Both the position numbers and the translations under genes were made by a program. Of a DNA stretch of 64,000 nt, positions 1 to 9,038 are shown in pieces (position 1 is the stretch's first letter; every line of letters begins with the position of its first letter). Origin of the DNA: Candidatus Aenigmatarchaeota archaeon (GTDB taxonomy: Archaea > Aenigmatarchaeota > Aenigmatarchaeia > CG10238-14 > SCSR01); assembly GCA_030615205.1 (NCBI GenBank), contig JAUWZS010000002.1:200082-264081 (forward strand), read 5' to 3'. The notes beneath the pieces are model-generated. The model ran no database searches, was not told the origin of the DNA, and saw nothing but the letters and a program-made list of their open reading frames with translations.

Positions 1-609
1 ACCACTTATACCACATTCCCCTTCATCCCATACTTCAATTTCTATTTCTGTGTCTTGAGTTATCCAAGTTTCTCCGTTTTCAATTTTTGGTTCACCTAAA
101 GTTTTAATTATAACAGGTGCTTTATCGTCAACGCTTGTAGTGTCATATAAATATGTCCAGTGATCTTGAGTATCTCTTGTTTCAAATTGCCATTGTAAAT
201 TACAGTATTGTGGACCTGGACTGTCAGCTGAAAATGTAAAGTTTTCACATTCTCCATCAATATCAAGATAATAAGAAGAATCAGTAGCTACATAGAAACA
301 AGCTGGATAAGTTGAAATGTATAATTTTTCCCAGCCAGGTTTGTCATCACATTGAAAATTACTATATAAATTATTTCTATATATTCTAACTTCATTAATT
401 GATTGTCCACTTACCTTACAGAACTGCACAGTAAAATCCACATGAGCGTTTGCAGGTGACCATTCTGGATAAAGTTCAGCTGTACTAACATGAGAATTGG
501 CAAAAACAGGAACTGCGTAATTAAAAACAAAAACTCCAAGAACTGTGGCTACTACAAGTAACAAAGAAATTGTAGCGATTCCTTTTGCATATCCTTTTTT
601 CTCTATCAT
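1..609 (-). CDS. Secreted/surface protein, 5' part only (runs off the window start)
   Basis: Read manually because it is not in the ORF track: ATG at 609, MIEKKGYAKGIATISLLLVVATVLGVFVFNYAVPVFA... It has a charged N-terminus, a hydrophobic signal segment, a Cys-containing beta-rich body, and stays open to position 1. Confidence 0.8.
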   Translation of the reverse strand, partial: MIEKKGYAKGIATISLLLVVATVLGVFVFNYAVPVFANSHVSTAELYPEWSPANAHVDFTVQFCKVSGQSINEVRIYRNNLYSNFQCDDKPGWEKLYISTYPACFYVATDSSYYLDIDGECENFTFSADSPGPQYCNLQWQFETRDTQDHWTYLYDTTSVDDKAPVIIKTLGEPKIENGETWITQDTEIEIEVWDEGECGISG

Positions 610-683
610 TGTTATTCACTAAAGAGCTATAATTAATATATTGATTAAGCAAGTGAAAATTGATAAATAGATACTGCGCCAGA

Positions 684-750
684 AGTTAGCCAGATTATTA
701 GCTCAAAATTAAGCCGCATTTAGTCCATGATTGAGCCATGATTGAGCCAA
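684..750. repeat. Short direct-repeat cluster (TTAGCC/TTGAGCC variants; exact tandem CCATGATTGAG x2 at 725-746) upstream of the surface-protein gene
   Basis: Seen directly in the sequence. Confidence 0.55.
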
Positions 751-779
751 GATGCAGCTTAGAGAACCACGAGATAAGA

Positions 780-1214
780 TTATTTCCTCGTGCTCTTGTT
801 TATGCTGCACATTGTATTGAGTTCTTTCTGGGTAAAGAATAATTTCAATATACGCGAATAGACTTCTCTTATTAAATTCGGGTATTCTAAATTCAAACCC
901 CAGATACTTCTCTTTTCAGTATTGCCGTATCTGACAGACTTGACAACTTTGACAACTTTCCAATTTGATAAACGCTCCAGGTGATATATTACAATAGAGT
1001 GCCTTTTGCCGATCCTGCGTGCGATATCTTCCACTTGCATTGTATGACCCAATTCTCTGTTGTTTATAAACATATGCATTATGCAAGCTCTTACAGGATT
1101 CGAACAGATGTAATTCAGCTCTGGCCTTAGCGAAGTTATAAAAAATTCTTCTGATTGACTGCCAACTAAATTTTCATCTTCTGTTACGCTTTCGCTCGAA
1201 GATAATTCCCTCAT
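780..1214 (-). CDS. Winged-helix (ArsR-like) transcription regulator
   Basis: SNPVRACIM...VEDIARRIGKRHSIVIYHLERL matches the HTH pattern. Confidence 0.75.
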   Translation of the reverse strand: MRELSSSESVTEDENLVGSQSEEFFITSLRPELNYICSNPVRACIMHMFINNRELGHTMQVEDIARRIGKRHSIVIYHLERLSNWKVVKVVKSVRYGNTEKRSIWGLNLEYPNLIREVYSRILKLFFTQKELNTMCSINKSTRK

Positions 1215-1379
1215 AAAACCTAAGTTAAAATAACGGTTGAAAGATTTATAAGTATCGTTCGAGCGAATAGCTTTTGTGTTTTATGGGGTTGAAATTTGTG
1301 TTTGTTTTCCATTCGTCATGTTTTGTCGCATTAAAGGTTGTTTTACATAATTTTATTGTATTTTGTCACAATCGGTTGT

Positions 1380-2036
1380 TTATGAAAAAAGTAATGGTGT
1401 TCTATACTTTAAAATCGCACAAATTCGCTCATAGATGTTTTCAGCTATTCTTTCTATGTCATCATTTGATAACTCAAAACTAACAGATAATGGTATTATC
1501 CAATCAAAATGTCTACCATGTCTTAACTGCTTTTCTATACTACTGTCAGGGTTGTTAATTAAAACTATGCAATATGTCGTATCGGGATTTTTGTCTTTTA
1601 TCTGCTGAGATATTGCTGAATAGTTAGTTAGTGTGTGAGTAATTACTTTACCATATTTTATTTCAAAAATAATTAATGGTATAATAACATAATTAAAATG
1701 TTTAATACTTTTATTAGGGAAACTTCTTCTTGCTTTTTGAATATACTTAGAATCAAATGGAATTTCTATTTTTGCATCTTTAAAATAAACTACTATATCT
1801 TGTTCTGCGTCTCCAAAAGTTAGGACAAAACGAGGGTCGTTGCTTTTACGTTTTCTTATATTAGGCATTATAGTTATATCTTTCAAGACATTTACATGAC
1901 TGTCTATAACTATCTTTTTACTTAGTTTTTGGTTTTGAGACAACTTCTGTTTTAATTTTTGAGTAATCTTTTCTACAATAATATCTTCTTTGTTCATAAT
2001 TAATCCCTCAAACTCAGTCTTAATAAACTTAGCCAT
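1380..2036 (-). CDS. PD-(D/E)XK nuclease, restriction-endonuclease-like
   Basis: EQDIVVY ... IIFEIKY fits the catalytic D and E-x-K motifs. The gene is very AT-rich and has no adjacent methyltransferase. Confidence 0.6.
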   Translation of the reverse strand: MAKFIKTEFEGLIMNKEDIIVEKITQKLKQKLSQNQKLSKKIVIDSHVNVLKDITIMPNIRKRKSNDPRFVLTFGDAEQDIVVYFKDAKIEIPFDSKYIQKARRSFPNKSIKHFNYVIIPLIIFEIKYGKVITHTLTNYSAISQQIKDKNPDTTYCIVLINNPDSSIEKQLRHGRHFDWIIPLSVSFELSNDDIERIAENIYERICAILKYRTPLLFS

Positions 2037-2059
2037 CTATTTCTATTCAACTGCAAACC

Positions 2060-2137
2060 TATGTTGGTTGGAAAGCTGGCATAGAACTTCACGCTGAGGT
2101 TAAGAATAAGAAGATTGTTCTGAAACCTAAGAAATAG
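2060..2137 (+). pseudogene. Remnant 3' half of an AbrB/MazE/SpoVT-type DNA-binding protein
   Basis: Translates as YVGWKAGIELHAEVKNKKIVLKPKK*, typical of an AbrB C-terminal half. No start codon or N-terminal half is present. Confidence 0.5.
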
Positions 2138-2140
2138 CTG

Positions 2141-2224
2141 TTACCAATCCCATATTGATTTTTTCTTCCTTCTTCTTCTCGGCTTTCTTATTCTAATTGT
2201 TCTCTTTCTTTTTCTCCTTACCAT
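2141..2224 (-). CDS. Small Arg/Lys-rich peptide (27 aa)
   Basis: MVRRKRKRTIRIRKPRRRRKKKSIWDW*; its ATG overlaps the end of the upstream protease gene. Confidence 0.4.
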   Translation of the reverse strand: MVRRKRKRTIRIRKPRRRRKKKSIWDW

Positions 2225-3015
2225 AATGACAACTTTGAAACTCTTTCCATAGATTCTTTTTCTATAGGTTTAATTAATTTTTCTTTTTCTTCGAATATAT
2301 TCTTTAACTGTTCTTTACTTTTATCTGAAAGTTTATGGATGCCATTTTTATCAATGTGGTATATATCAGTTTCCTCTCCTACACCTGGAGCTACTTCGGC
2401 TCGTCTCTTAGCTTCGTATGCTAAACAAACTGCTTTATTAAATGGAAACTCAGTATAATATCCACCAGATATAAACGTATAATCTGCGTGTGGAGAACCT
2501 GTTCCTATGCTACCCCACCCTACAGTATCAAGTGGAGTTGACATTCCTGGATTATCTACTAAATAAATATGGGCTTCATCGTCTACACCTATTACTAATA
2601 TCTGTAATCCGCCAGGAAATTCAAAATCTTGGAGTGCCCTAACCAAACCCCCCATAATTCTATCGTCAAGGTTTGATTGTTCACGATTAAATTGGTTTAT
2701 TGTGAGTCCCATAGGTCTGAAATAGAAATCTTCTATTTTTTTCATTCTTATTTCAGCATATGAATTTTTTATCTCTTCAACAATTTTTGATATTTTTGGT
2801 GATTCGTTCTTGTATTTTTTAATTATGGGTTCGAGTATTTCTTGGAAGAAAAAGGCAGAACCAGAGGTCATAGCTAAACAGTTTTTTGATATAGTCAAAA
2901 TTTTTGTTTCTCGGTGTTCAAATTGTATGGATAACTCATCGTCGGTTATCATTCTATCGGCAACCGCTATTGCCTTTTCTCTGTTTTCACAAATTATTCC
3001 TGTACAAATTGTCAA
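2218..3015 (-). CDS. Proteasome-beta-like Ntn-hydrolase (stand-alone proteasome-type protease)
   Basis: Probable TTG start at 3015 gives M-T-ICTGII (N-terminal Thr nucleophile). Also AVADRM, TKI, ILVIGVD, SIGTGS and APGVG motifs. Confidence 0.75.
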   Translation of the reverse strand: MTICTGIICENREKAIAVADRMITDDELSIQFEHRETKILTISKNCLAMTSGSAFFFQEILEPIIKKYKNESPKISKIVEEIKNSYAEIRMKKIEDFYFRPMGLTINQFNREQSNLDDRIMGGLVRALQDFEFPGGLQILVIGVDDEAHIYLVDNPGMSTPLDTVGWGSIGTGSPHADYTFISGGYYTEFPFNKAVCLAYEAKRRAEVAPGVGEETDIYHIDKNGIHKLSDKSKEQLKNIFEEKEKLIKPIEKESMERVSKLSLW

Positions 3016-3713
3016 TGGTATCAACCTATTTCGGTACCTTTTTCTTTTCTTCTTTTTGTGATTTATAAAGTTATTGCTAATGGGCGTTAAACTTGGGCAA
3101 ACCGTATCCCTGTTTTTGCGATAAATATGATGACTAATAAGTCAAGACCTCTGAAGAAACAGATTAAATACTCGCAATAACCTAATAAATTATAGTGATT
3201 TTGTGGGAGTTTTAGAAGAAGGTTATCATAGGCTGACATCAAGGCCACTTTCCTTAGCTGTTTTTGTTGCATTAATATATTTGTCACATAAAGCAAAGAT
3301 GAGTGTTTATCAATCTTTAGCCATAGGGATTGCTGGTGCAATTCTTTATGCATTATTAACACCTCTCCCTTTTTGACAGCCAAAGTAGTAGCAATTATCA
3401 GACGGGTTCAGAACGTATTACAACTTCATAAGACCACACAACGCATTAGACGGGTTAACACGAGTCAAGTTGCGGGTATAGATTTGAGGTTAGATAGGAA
3501 TAGATGGCTGAGTTTAATTAGAAAGAGTAAACAAAAACCACTTATCCAACACCTTTAAATATCATATGAAACAAATAATGAAATAGATTCACAAATTTAC
3601 AAGTGTATAAATTGTTGGGAATGAGACGACATAAGACCGTTAACGTGAATCTCGGCAGTCGGGCTCGCCCTCTTATTATCCTTTTAAGTATATACAAATA
3701 GATTCTTACTATT

Positions 3714-4286
3714 ATGCCAGATGAGAAGCGAGGAATGGCTTTTATCGATTTTGATAATATCAATATCACAGCAAGGAATCAACATAATATAAAATACTTG
3801 AATTTTAACAAGTTAAGAGAAATATTGTTAAAAGACTTAAGATGTGTTGGTTGTATCGTATATCTTCCTAACAAAATGAGCAGTATGATTTCACATATTC
3901 AAAAAAGCGGATTAGAAGTAAAAGTTGTGAGTCCTGGGAAAAGTGTTGATGGAAAATTAATATTTGACTTGATTACTAATGCACACAATGATTCTTTTGA
4001 CGTCGCTGTAATTGCAAGCGGAGATAAAGATTATATATCTGTTGTACAAGAAGTTAAAAAAATGAAAAAAGATGTTATTATAGGTTCATTTTCAAGCGCT
4101 CTTGCTCATGGTATGACTTCTGTGAGTGACGGAATAATAAATTTGGATGAATATCTTCATGACATAACTCAAAAAACATATGAGTATAAATGCACTAACT
4201 GTGGAAGCGATTTTGAACTTCCGTTTAAGCTGTTTGCAAATCAAAACCCATTATGTAGAAAATGCTTTAGAGCACAAAAACAATAA
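3714..4286 (+). CDS. NYN (LabA/DUF88, PIN-like) nuclease with C-terminal CxxC-x17-CxxC zinc ribbon
   Basis: FIDFDN, KSVD and ASGDKDY motifs; C-terminal CTNCG...PF...PLCRKCF. Confidence 0.85.
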   Translation: MPDEKRGMAFIDFDNINITARNQHNIKYLNFNKLREILLKDLRCVGCIVYLPNKMSSMISHIQKSGLEVKVVSPGKSVDGKLIFDLITNAHNDSFDVAVIASGDKDYISVVQEVKKMKKDVIIGSFSSALAHGMTSVSDGIINLDEYLHDITQKTYEYKCTNCGSDFELPFKLFANQNPLCRKCFRAQKQ

Positions 4287-4296
4287 GTTTTTTTCT

Positions 4297-4397
4297 ATCA
4301 ATAAACTGCGACATCAAATTAAATCAATAAACTATGCGACAACACCTGAATATTTCTTTTATCAACAAAATGCGACACTCCTAATTATCAATAAACT
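4297..4397 (+). repeat. Four direct repeats ATCAATAAAC(TA)TGCGACA (4297, 4323, 4361, partial at 4387)
   Basis: Seen directly. Inverted counterparts TGTC(G/A)CA occur at 1324 and 1364. Confidence 0.75.
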
Positions 4398-4461
4398 TTA
4401 AGACAGAACCATTCGTCAAAAGACTTTAATATTTAACTATCCATCTGAAAATTAGATCACT

Positions 4462-4623
4462 ATGAGGCAAAAGAAGATAAAAAGTAAGATAAAAAAACAA
4501 AAGAAAACAAAAGGACAACGCTACAAGTGTTCGGGCTGCAACAAAGAAATGGTAAGGACTACTAGAGAATACTTTTGTCCAAAATGTGGTTTAACTGAAG
4601 ACATAGTATATGATGGCCCTTAA
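4462..4623 (+). CDS. Small basic zinc-ribbon protein (53 aa)
   Basis: MRQKKIKSK...YKCSGC...YFCPKCG; an AT-rich TATA-like box lies near 4425. Confidence 0.7.
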   Translation: MRQKKIKSKIKKQKKTKGQRYKCSGCNKEMVRTTREYFCPKCGLTEDIVYDGP

Positions 4624-4650
4624 AAAAATTGAAAAAGAACATGCGCGAAA

Positions 4651-7101
4651 TTACGACGAATCTTCTTTCTGAGAGATAAACCTCGGTAGTACTTTGAATC
4701 TGATTAAACCTAATGCAATGGCTATCAAAATCAAAAGGATCATCAAAGCACTAGCTGTTGTTCCGCCAATAGCTCCGAACATACCAGTTATGTAATTAAG
4801 AGCTGGACCGGTTTCTTCAAATTCGGGTTCACAATCTTCAGGACAATTTACAAAGTCTTCTCCTTCTTCACATTCACCATTTCCACAAATCGCAGCAGGA
4901 GTTGGTATTGTTGTTGTGGTTGTAGTTGTTGTAGTAGCTTCTAAGATTTCTCTCGGACAATCGCTTGGACAGCTCTCAGGCGTTTCCCATTCATCGCATA
5001 CACCGTTCAATTCACATGGTGTTATGAAGGGGCCTCCACTTCCGGGACCACTGAATGAACTTACTGCAGGAGCTGGACTTGGCGCGCTTGGACCTGGACT
5101 CGGTGGAATAGTAGTTGTTGTGGTTGGTATTGTTGTCGTAGTGGTTGTAGTTGTTGTTGTCGTTGTGGTTGTTGTGGTTGTCGGTGTTGGTCCTTCTATT
5201 GTAAAAGTAAAAGTGCCAAAGTTGCCCCAATTACCAGCTGCATTTCTTCCGTGCACATAGACTGTATGTTCGCCTGGCTCTAAAGCTGTTAAGTTTATTG
5301 TTGCATTAACATCTTCAATATATTCATCAAAGTCACCGTCTGATGCATCCATAGATTGTCCGCCGCCTACAGGTGTGTTTGTATCTATAAAGTACTCTGC
5401 AGCTATGATATTGCTCATCATCTCACTGCTGTCTGCAGTTGCTGTAACTATGCCATCATCGCCTTCACCACTCACCATTACATTGTATGTTAAAGGCGGG
5501 ACATTTGCAAGTATTGTGTACGATACACACTCGCCCCAATTGTCTTCACTGTCCCTAGCACGCACCCAGAAGTTGTAAGCACTTGTTGGGCAGATTTGGA
5601 TTAGTGCACTCACATTCTCCTCAGTTTCATCAAAACTACCATCCACTGCTGTCATTGCTGTACCTGTGCCTGGCTCGCCGCACTCTGCCTCTTGATTTAT
5701 GAAATATTCTGCGTACGCGATGTTATGGCAATCTGAAAGTGTTGCATTGCCAATTATTTCTCCACAATAAGCTGGTGGGTTAGGCGTCACGAATATGTCG
5801 GTTACAACGGGTCCTTCCAAATCTTCTTTGTATCTTGTTTCGCCAGTGTCCGCCCATTGCGTATCAGTTTCTTCGTATAAACATTGGACTTCACCACAAT
5901 CTGAAAAGCAAAAATAATCGCTATAAACTTGCATCACTTGTTCTTTTTCATTGCATATATCCAGCTCGATCCATCTGTATTCGTCAGTATCATACCAGTC
6001 GTCAAAGTCATCGCAGTCTTGCGTTGTGTAACTGCATTCGCAATCTTCTCCGCAAACGCCATTGTAATATCTTATGTCATCTTCACAAAAACTTGGGCAG
6101 TCGCTATCTTCATCGCACTCCGCATCACAACCGCCCAAAAGAACAGAATCGTCCAAATCATTATCAGCGCATGTATGCGTGAATGTGTACGAGCCTTCTG
6201 TACAAGCGTCCGAGTCTTCATCGCAAACACTTGTAAAACCAGCTGCATAATCCCACGTATAATGATAATTGTCCGGATTATAATCGCACGTTTCTATTTC
6301 TTCTAGATTGTAACCGCTACAATCTACAGGTGTTCCGGATTGGCAATCGTTTATTGGATCACACCACTCCACGCCGTTGCAGTATAAACCATCGTCACAA
6401 TAAGAATCATCAGGAGTGTGAACACATACATCATCTACTTCGTCACAAGTGTCAACAGTACAACTCACACCATCATCACAATCCGCATCCTCAAGACATT
6501 CAGGTACTATATAGTCAACAGTGAGTTCAATCCAATCATGATAAGTGTACCCGCCATAACCACCATCATGCGCTTGGAACTTTACTTTGATGCTGTTCAC
6601 ATCAGCTGGGCTGTTGATGTAAGAAAACAGATTAATTATGTCCATGCGGTCTGAAGTTGGTGCTGTTGGCAAGCTTTCGGTCACCCAATTCCCAGCGCTC
6701 TCGTCCCATATAAGCAGCCTTGCATAAACGACATTAGAACATTGCACGTGCCACTCAAAGTGCAATGTCACATCGCTTATAACAGCCGATGATGTTATGC
6801 CTGGCGAAAAAATAAACTCCAAATATTCGTCCGGGTCGTATGAATGTGAATATCCCCAAACCGTTTGTGTTCGGTACCAGTCGTCGTCACTTGCTTCCAG
6901 TTTGTCTAAATCAGATGCTGTTAATGTATAATCAGCACCAGTCCTATCCAATCCGCTCGTGGGATGGTAGTTTGAAATATCTGCAAGCGCCTGCGTGCTG
7001 TATAGCAATAAACCCATCGAAAAAATGATAGACAAAATTACAAAAGACAATTTCAAAGTCCCAAACTTGGATTTTAAAATTTTCGAATCGATATGAATCA
7101 C
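4651..7101 (-). CDS. Cys/Asp-rich cell-surface protein with Ig-like domains, Thr-rich linker and C-terminal TM anchor
   Basis: Signal peptide, C-D-D-G repeats, poly-Thr tract, CGNGxCE modules and a hydrophobic C-terminus. Confidence 0.8.
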   Translation of the reverse strand: MIHIDSKILKSKFGTLKLSFVILSIIFSMGLLLYSTQALADISNYHPTSGLDRTGADYTLTASDLDKLEASDDDWYRTQTVWGYSHSYDPDEYLEFIFSPGITSSAVISDVTLHFEWHVQCSNVVYARLLIWDESAGNWVTESLPTAPTSDRMDIINLFSYINSPADVNSIKVKFQAHDGGYGGYTYHDWIELTVDYIVPECLEDADCDDGVSCTVDTCDEVDDVCVHTPDDSYCDDGLYCNGVEWCDPINDCQSGTPVDCSGYNLEEIETCDYNPDNYHYTWDYAAGFTSVCDEDSDACTEGSYTFTHTCADNDLDDSVLLGGCDAECDEDSDCPSFCEDDIRYYNGVCGEDCECSYTTQDCDDFDDWYDTDEYRWIELDICNEKEQVMQVYSDYFCFSDCGEVQCLYEETDTQWADTGETRYKEDLEGPVVTDIFVTPNPPAYCGEIIGNATLSDCHNIAYAEYFINQEAECGEPGTGTAMTAVDGSFDETEENVSALIQICPTSAYNFWVRARDSEDNWGECVSYTILANVPPLTYNVMVSGEGDDGIVTATADSSEMMSNIIAAEYFIDTNTPVGGGQSMDASDGDFDEYIEDVNATINLTALEPGEHTVYVHGRNAAGNWGNFGTFTFTIEGPTPTTTTTTTTTTTTTTTTTIPTTTTTIPPSPGPSAPSPAPAVSSFSGPGSGGPFITPCELNGVCDEWETPESCPSDCPREILEATTTTTTTTTIPTPAAICGNGECEEGEDFVNCPEDCEPEFEETGPALNYITGMFGAIGGTTASALMILLILIAIALGLIRFKVLPRFISQKEDSS

Positions 7102-7212
7102 TCATTTTTACACATTAATCTCTTGATAGAATAAAAGATTCAAAATTTAATAATGGATATTACGCCAAGCTTATGCCAAATTATTTTAAGAAAAATAGAT
7201 TTATTAAAAAAA

Positions 7213-7325
7213 TGGGTCCGGAGAGATTCGAACTCCCGACCTTCGCCATTTTGAGTTTTCACACAACATTATTCGTTAATGGATTACTCGTCAAGGCGAC
7301 GTCATGCCAACTAGACCACGGACCC
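7213..7325 (-). tRNA. tRNA-Val(GAC) with a 40-nt BHB intron at 37/38 (intron 7249-7288)
   Basis: Cloverleaf GGGTCCG/CGGACCC with anticodon stem TCGCC/GGCGA. The BHB has central helix TTGA/TCAA and bulges CGA and AAT. Confidence 0.93.
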
Positions 7326-7335
7326 GTATATTGAA

Positions 7336-8088
7336 CTACCATTTTTTCATTAATTTCCCAAGAATATAAATGGAAGCTATCATCGATGCTGTAATAACAT
7401 AAAGCATCTCGAAATTGACTCCTGCAATCTCTGCTGTTGGAAGCGGGGAGAATCCTGTCGGCAATCCGATAAATCCTGCGGTCTGCATACCGCCTATTAT
7501 CCTAAGGCTGACGAACCCAAGACCTAGAATAAGTATAAGCATAACGGATTTAACCACTGTTGCCTGTGGTTTCATTTTTTCTAACTTTGTAAGAAGCTCT
7601 GGCTCAACATCGTGCATTTCGTATAATCTATTTAATATCTCTCCGCTCTTTCGAATGTCATCAGTCAAATCTTTAGTTTCTTCTAACTCGCCTGTGATTT
7701 TATCTTTCCAATGTTTTCGAAGCCTGCTTGATCTGTATTTGTCAATCTCTAACGCAAGTTTGTAGACGTTGTCCTCCAAAAATCTTCGAGTACTTTTTAA
7801 CCAGCCTTTTGCTGCTACCAGGCTTCTAATGTCTTTGCAATACTCATCAAACTCACGCAGATATTTTCCACAAAGTCCCGCTACCTCTTCCAATTCTTTG
7901 TATTTTGGAAAGTTTTTCAATGACCTGTTTACTATAAGTTCCAAATCCAATCCTATCAGATCAGTCCAAATTTCAGAAAGATAATTGTTCAATCGTATAA
8001 CTTCTTTCTCTGTAGGAGTGAATTTAACTTCTTTATATACTGCCATTAAATAGACAATACACTTTATATAATTTAATTTTTCGGTCAT
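7336..8088 (-). CDS. Hypothetical protein with helical N-terminus and two C-terminal TM helices
   Basis: 250-aa ORF with hydrophobic C-terminal segments. Confidence 0.7.
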   Translation of the reverse strand: MTEKLNYIKCIVYLMAVYKEVKFTPTEKEVIRLNNYLSEIWTDLIGLDLELIVNRSLKNFPKYKELEEVAGLCGKYLREFDEYCKDIRSLVAAKGWLKSTRRFLEDNVYKLALEIDKYRSSRLRKHWKDKITGELEETKDLTDDIRKSGEILNRLYEMHDVEPELLTKLEKMKPQATVVKSVMLILILGLGFVSLRIIGGMQTAGFIGLPTGFSPLPTAEIAGVNFEMLYVITASMIASIYILGKLMKKW

Positions 8089-8115
8089 GAAGTTATGAAG
8101 TAGAAAAGAACGCGA

Positions 8116-8150
8116 ACATCCAGGGTAAGTGTTTAACTAATTGTTAAGAA
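8116..8150 (-). repeat. Most degenerate tRNA-Ser 3'-end-like copy, sharing its tail with the copy at 12955
   Basis: ACATCCAGGGTAAGTGTTTAACTAATTGTTAAGAA compared with ACGCCCAGGGTTGGTGTTTAACTAATGGTTAAGAA at 12955. Confidence 0.65.
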
Positions 8151-8393
8151 GTATATAATAGCAGCAAAATTTGAGGTCCAAATCTTTCAACGCTCAAAAT
8201 CCCGAAGGAAATCAAACATCTAGAGACCTGAATTTTCCCATTCACTGCTAAGCTAAATATAGTTTTATCATACTAAATAGTTATCGTTTCTGATTAACTT
8301 GTCTCGTCTCTAAAATTCTTTTGAGTCACACAGAAACATTTATCGTTCTGTAAATCTGACGTGAATTATAATATGATGAAATAATGTGGTAAA

Positions 8394-8930
8394 ATGAAAC
8401 CGAAAATTGAAGTCAGAAACATGGTAATCACAGTTACCTTTTCCGATCAGGTGGATCTCAATTATTTAGCAAGTAAGTTAGAGGGTGCTGAATACGCTCC
8501 CCAGCAATTTCCCGGTTTGGTGTATAGGATGAAAAAACCAAAGACAAGCTTTCTGATATTTTCTTCAGGGGTAATGAATTGTACTGGTGCAAGAAGTATA
8601 AAAGAAGCGAAAAAAGCGATATCACAGATGTTAAATATACTAAAGAAGCTGGGGGTCAAGGTGAGAAAGCCAAAGATGGAGATTCAAAACATAGTCGCAA
8701 CATATGACTTTGGAAGACGGATATATCTCGATAAGGCTCTACAACTAGAGAATACAGAGTACGAGCCAGAACAGTTTCCAGGCCTTGTCTACAGAACGAA
8801 AAAAAGCGTCGTCTTTCTAGTGTTTGGTAGTGGAAAAATAGTTTGCGTTGGAGCGAGGAACGTAAAACAAACTGAAGAAGCAATTGAGAATCTCATCAAA
8901 AAATTTAAGCGAATCCGTGCTTTAAAGTGA
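8394..8930 (+). CDS. tbp: TATA-box-binding protein
   Basis: Two repeats with EY(A/E)P(Q/E)QFPGLVYR, LIFSSG and LVFGSGKIVCVGA. Confidence 0.97.
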   Translation: MKPKIEVRNMVITVTFSDQVDLNYLASKLEGAEYAPQQFPGLVYRMKKPKTSFLIFSSGVMNCTGARSIKEAKKAISQMLNILKKLGVKVRKPKMEIQNIVATYDFGRRIYLDKALQLENTEYEPEQFPGLVYRTKKSVVFLVFGSGKIVCVGARNVKQTEEAIENLIKKFKRIRALK

Positions 8931-8952
8931 GTTATGGCCTAACTTTTTCTGG

Positions 8953-8966
8953 ACGCCCAGAGTGAA
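8953..8966 (-). repeat. Degenerate tRNA-Ser 3'-end copy
   Basis: ACGCCCAGAGTGAA compared with tRNA ACGCCCAGGGTGGG. Confidence 0.6.
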
Positions 8967-9038
8967 TATCCAAACTATAATTCAAATACAGTATGGAATC
9001 TTTATATGAATAGTTTGAGAAATTATTATTAGGTATAG

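Noticed and set aside
3087-3769. ORFs 3087-3383, 3373-3558 and 3542-3769
   Set aside because: They overlap one another, have non-ATG starts and show no recognisable motifs, so they cannot be supported.
4297-4397. Possible mini-CRISPR array
   Set aside because: The repeats are only about 17-19 nt, spacers are 9-20 nt and irregular, and no cas genes are present.
4905-5190. GTT/GTG triplet repeats and the poly-Val ORF 4916-5260
   Set aside because: These are the antisense shadow of the Thr-rich linker in the surface protein.
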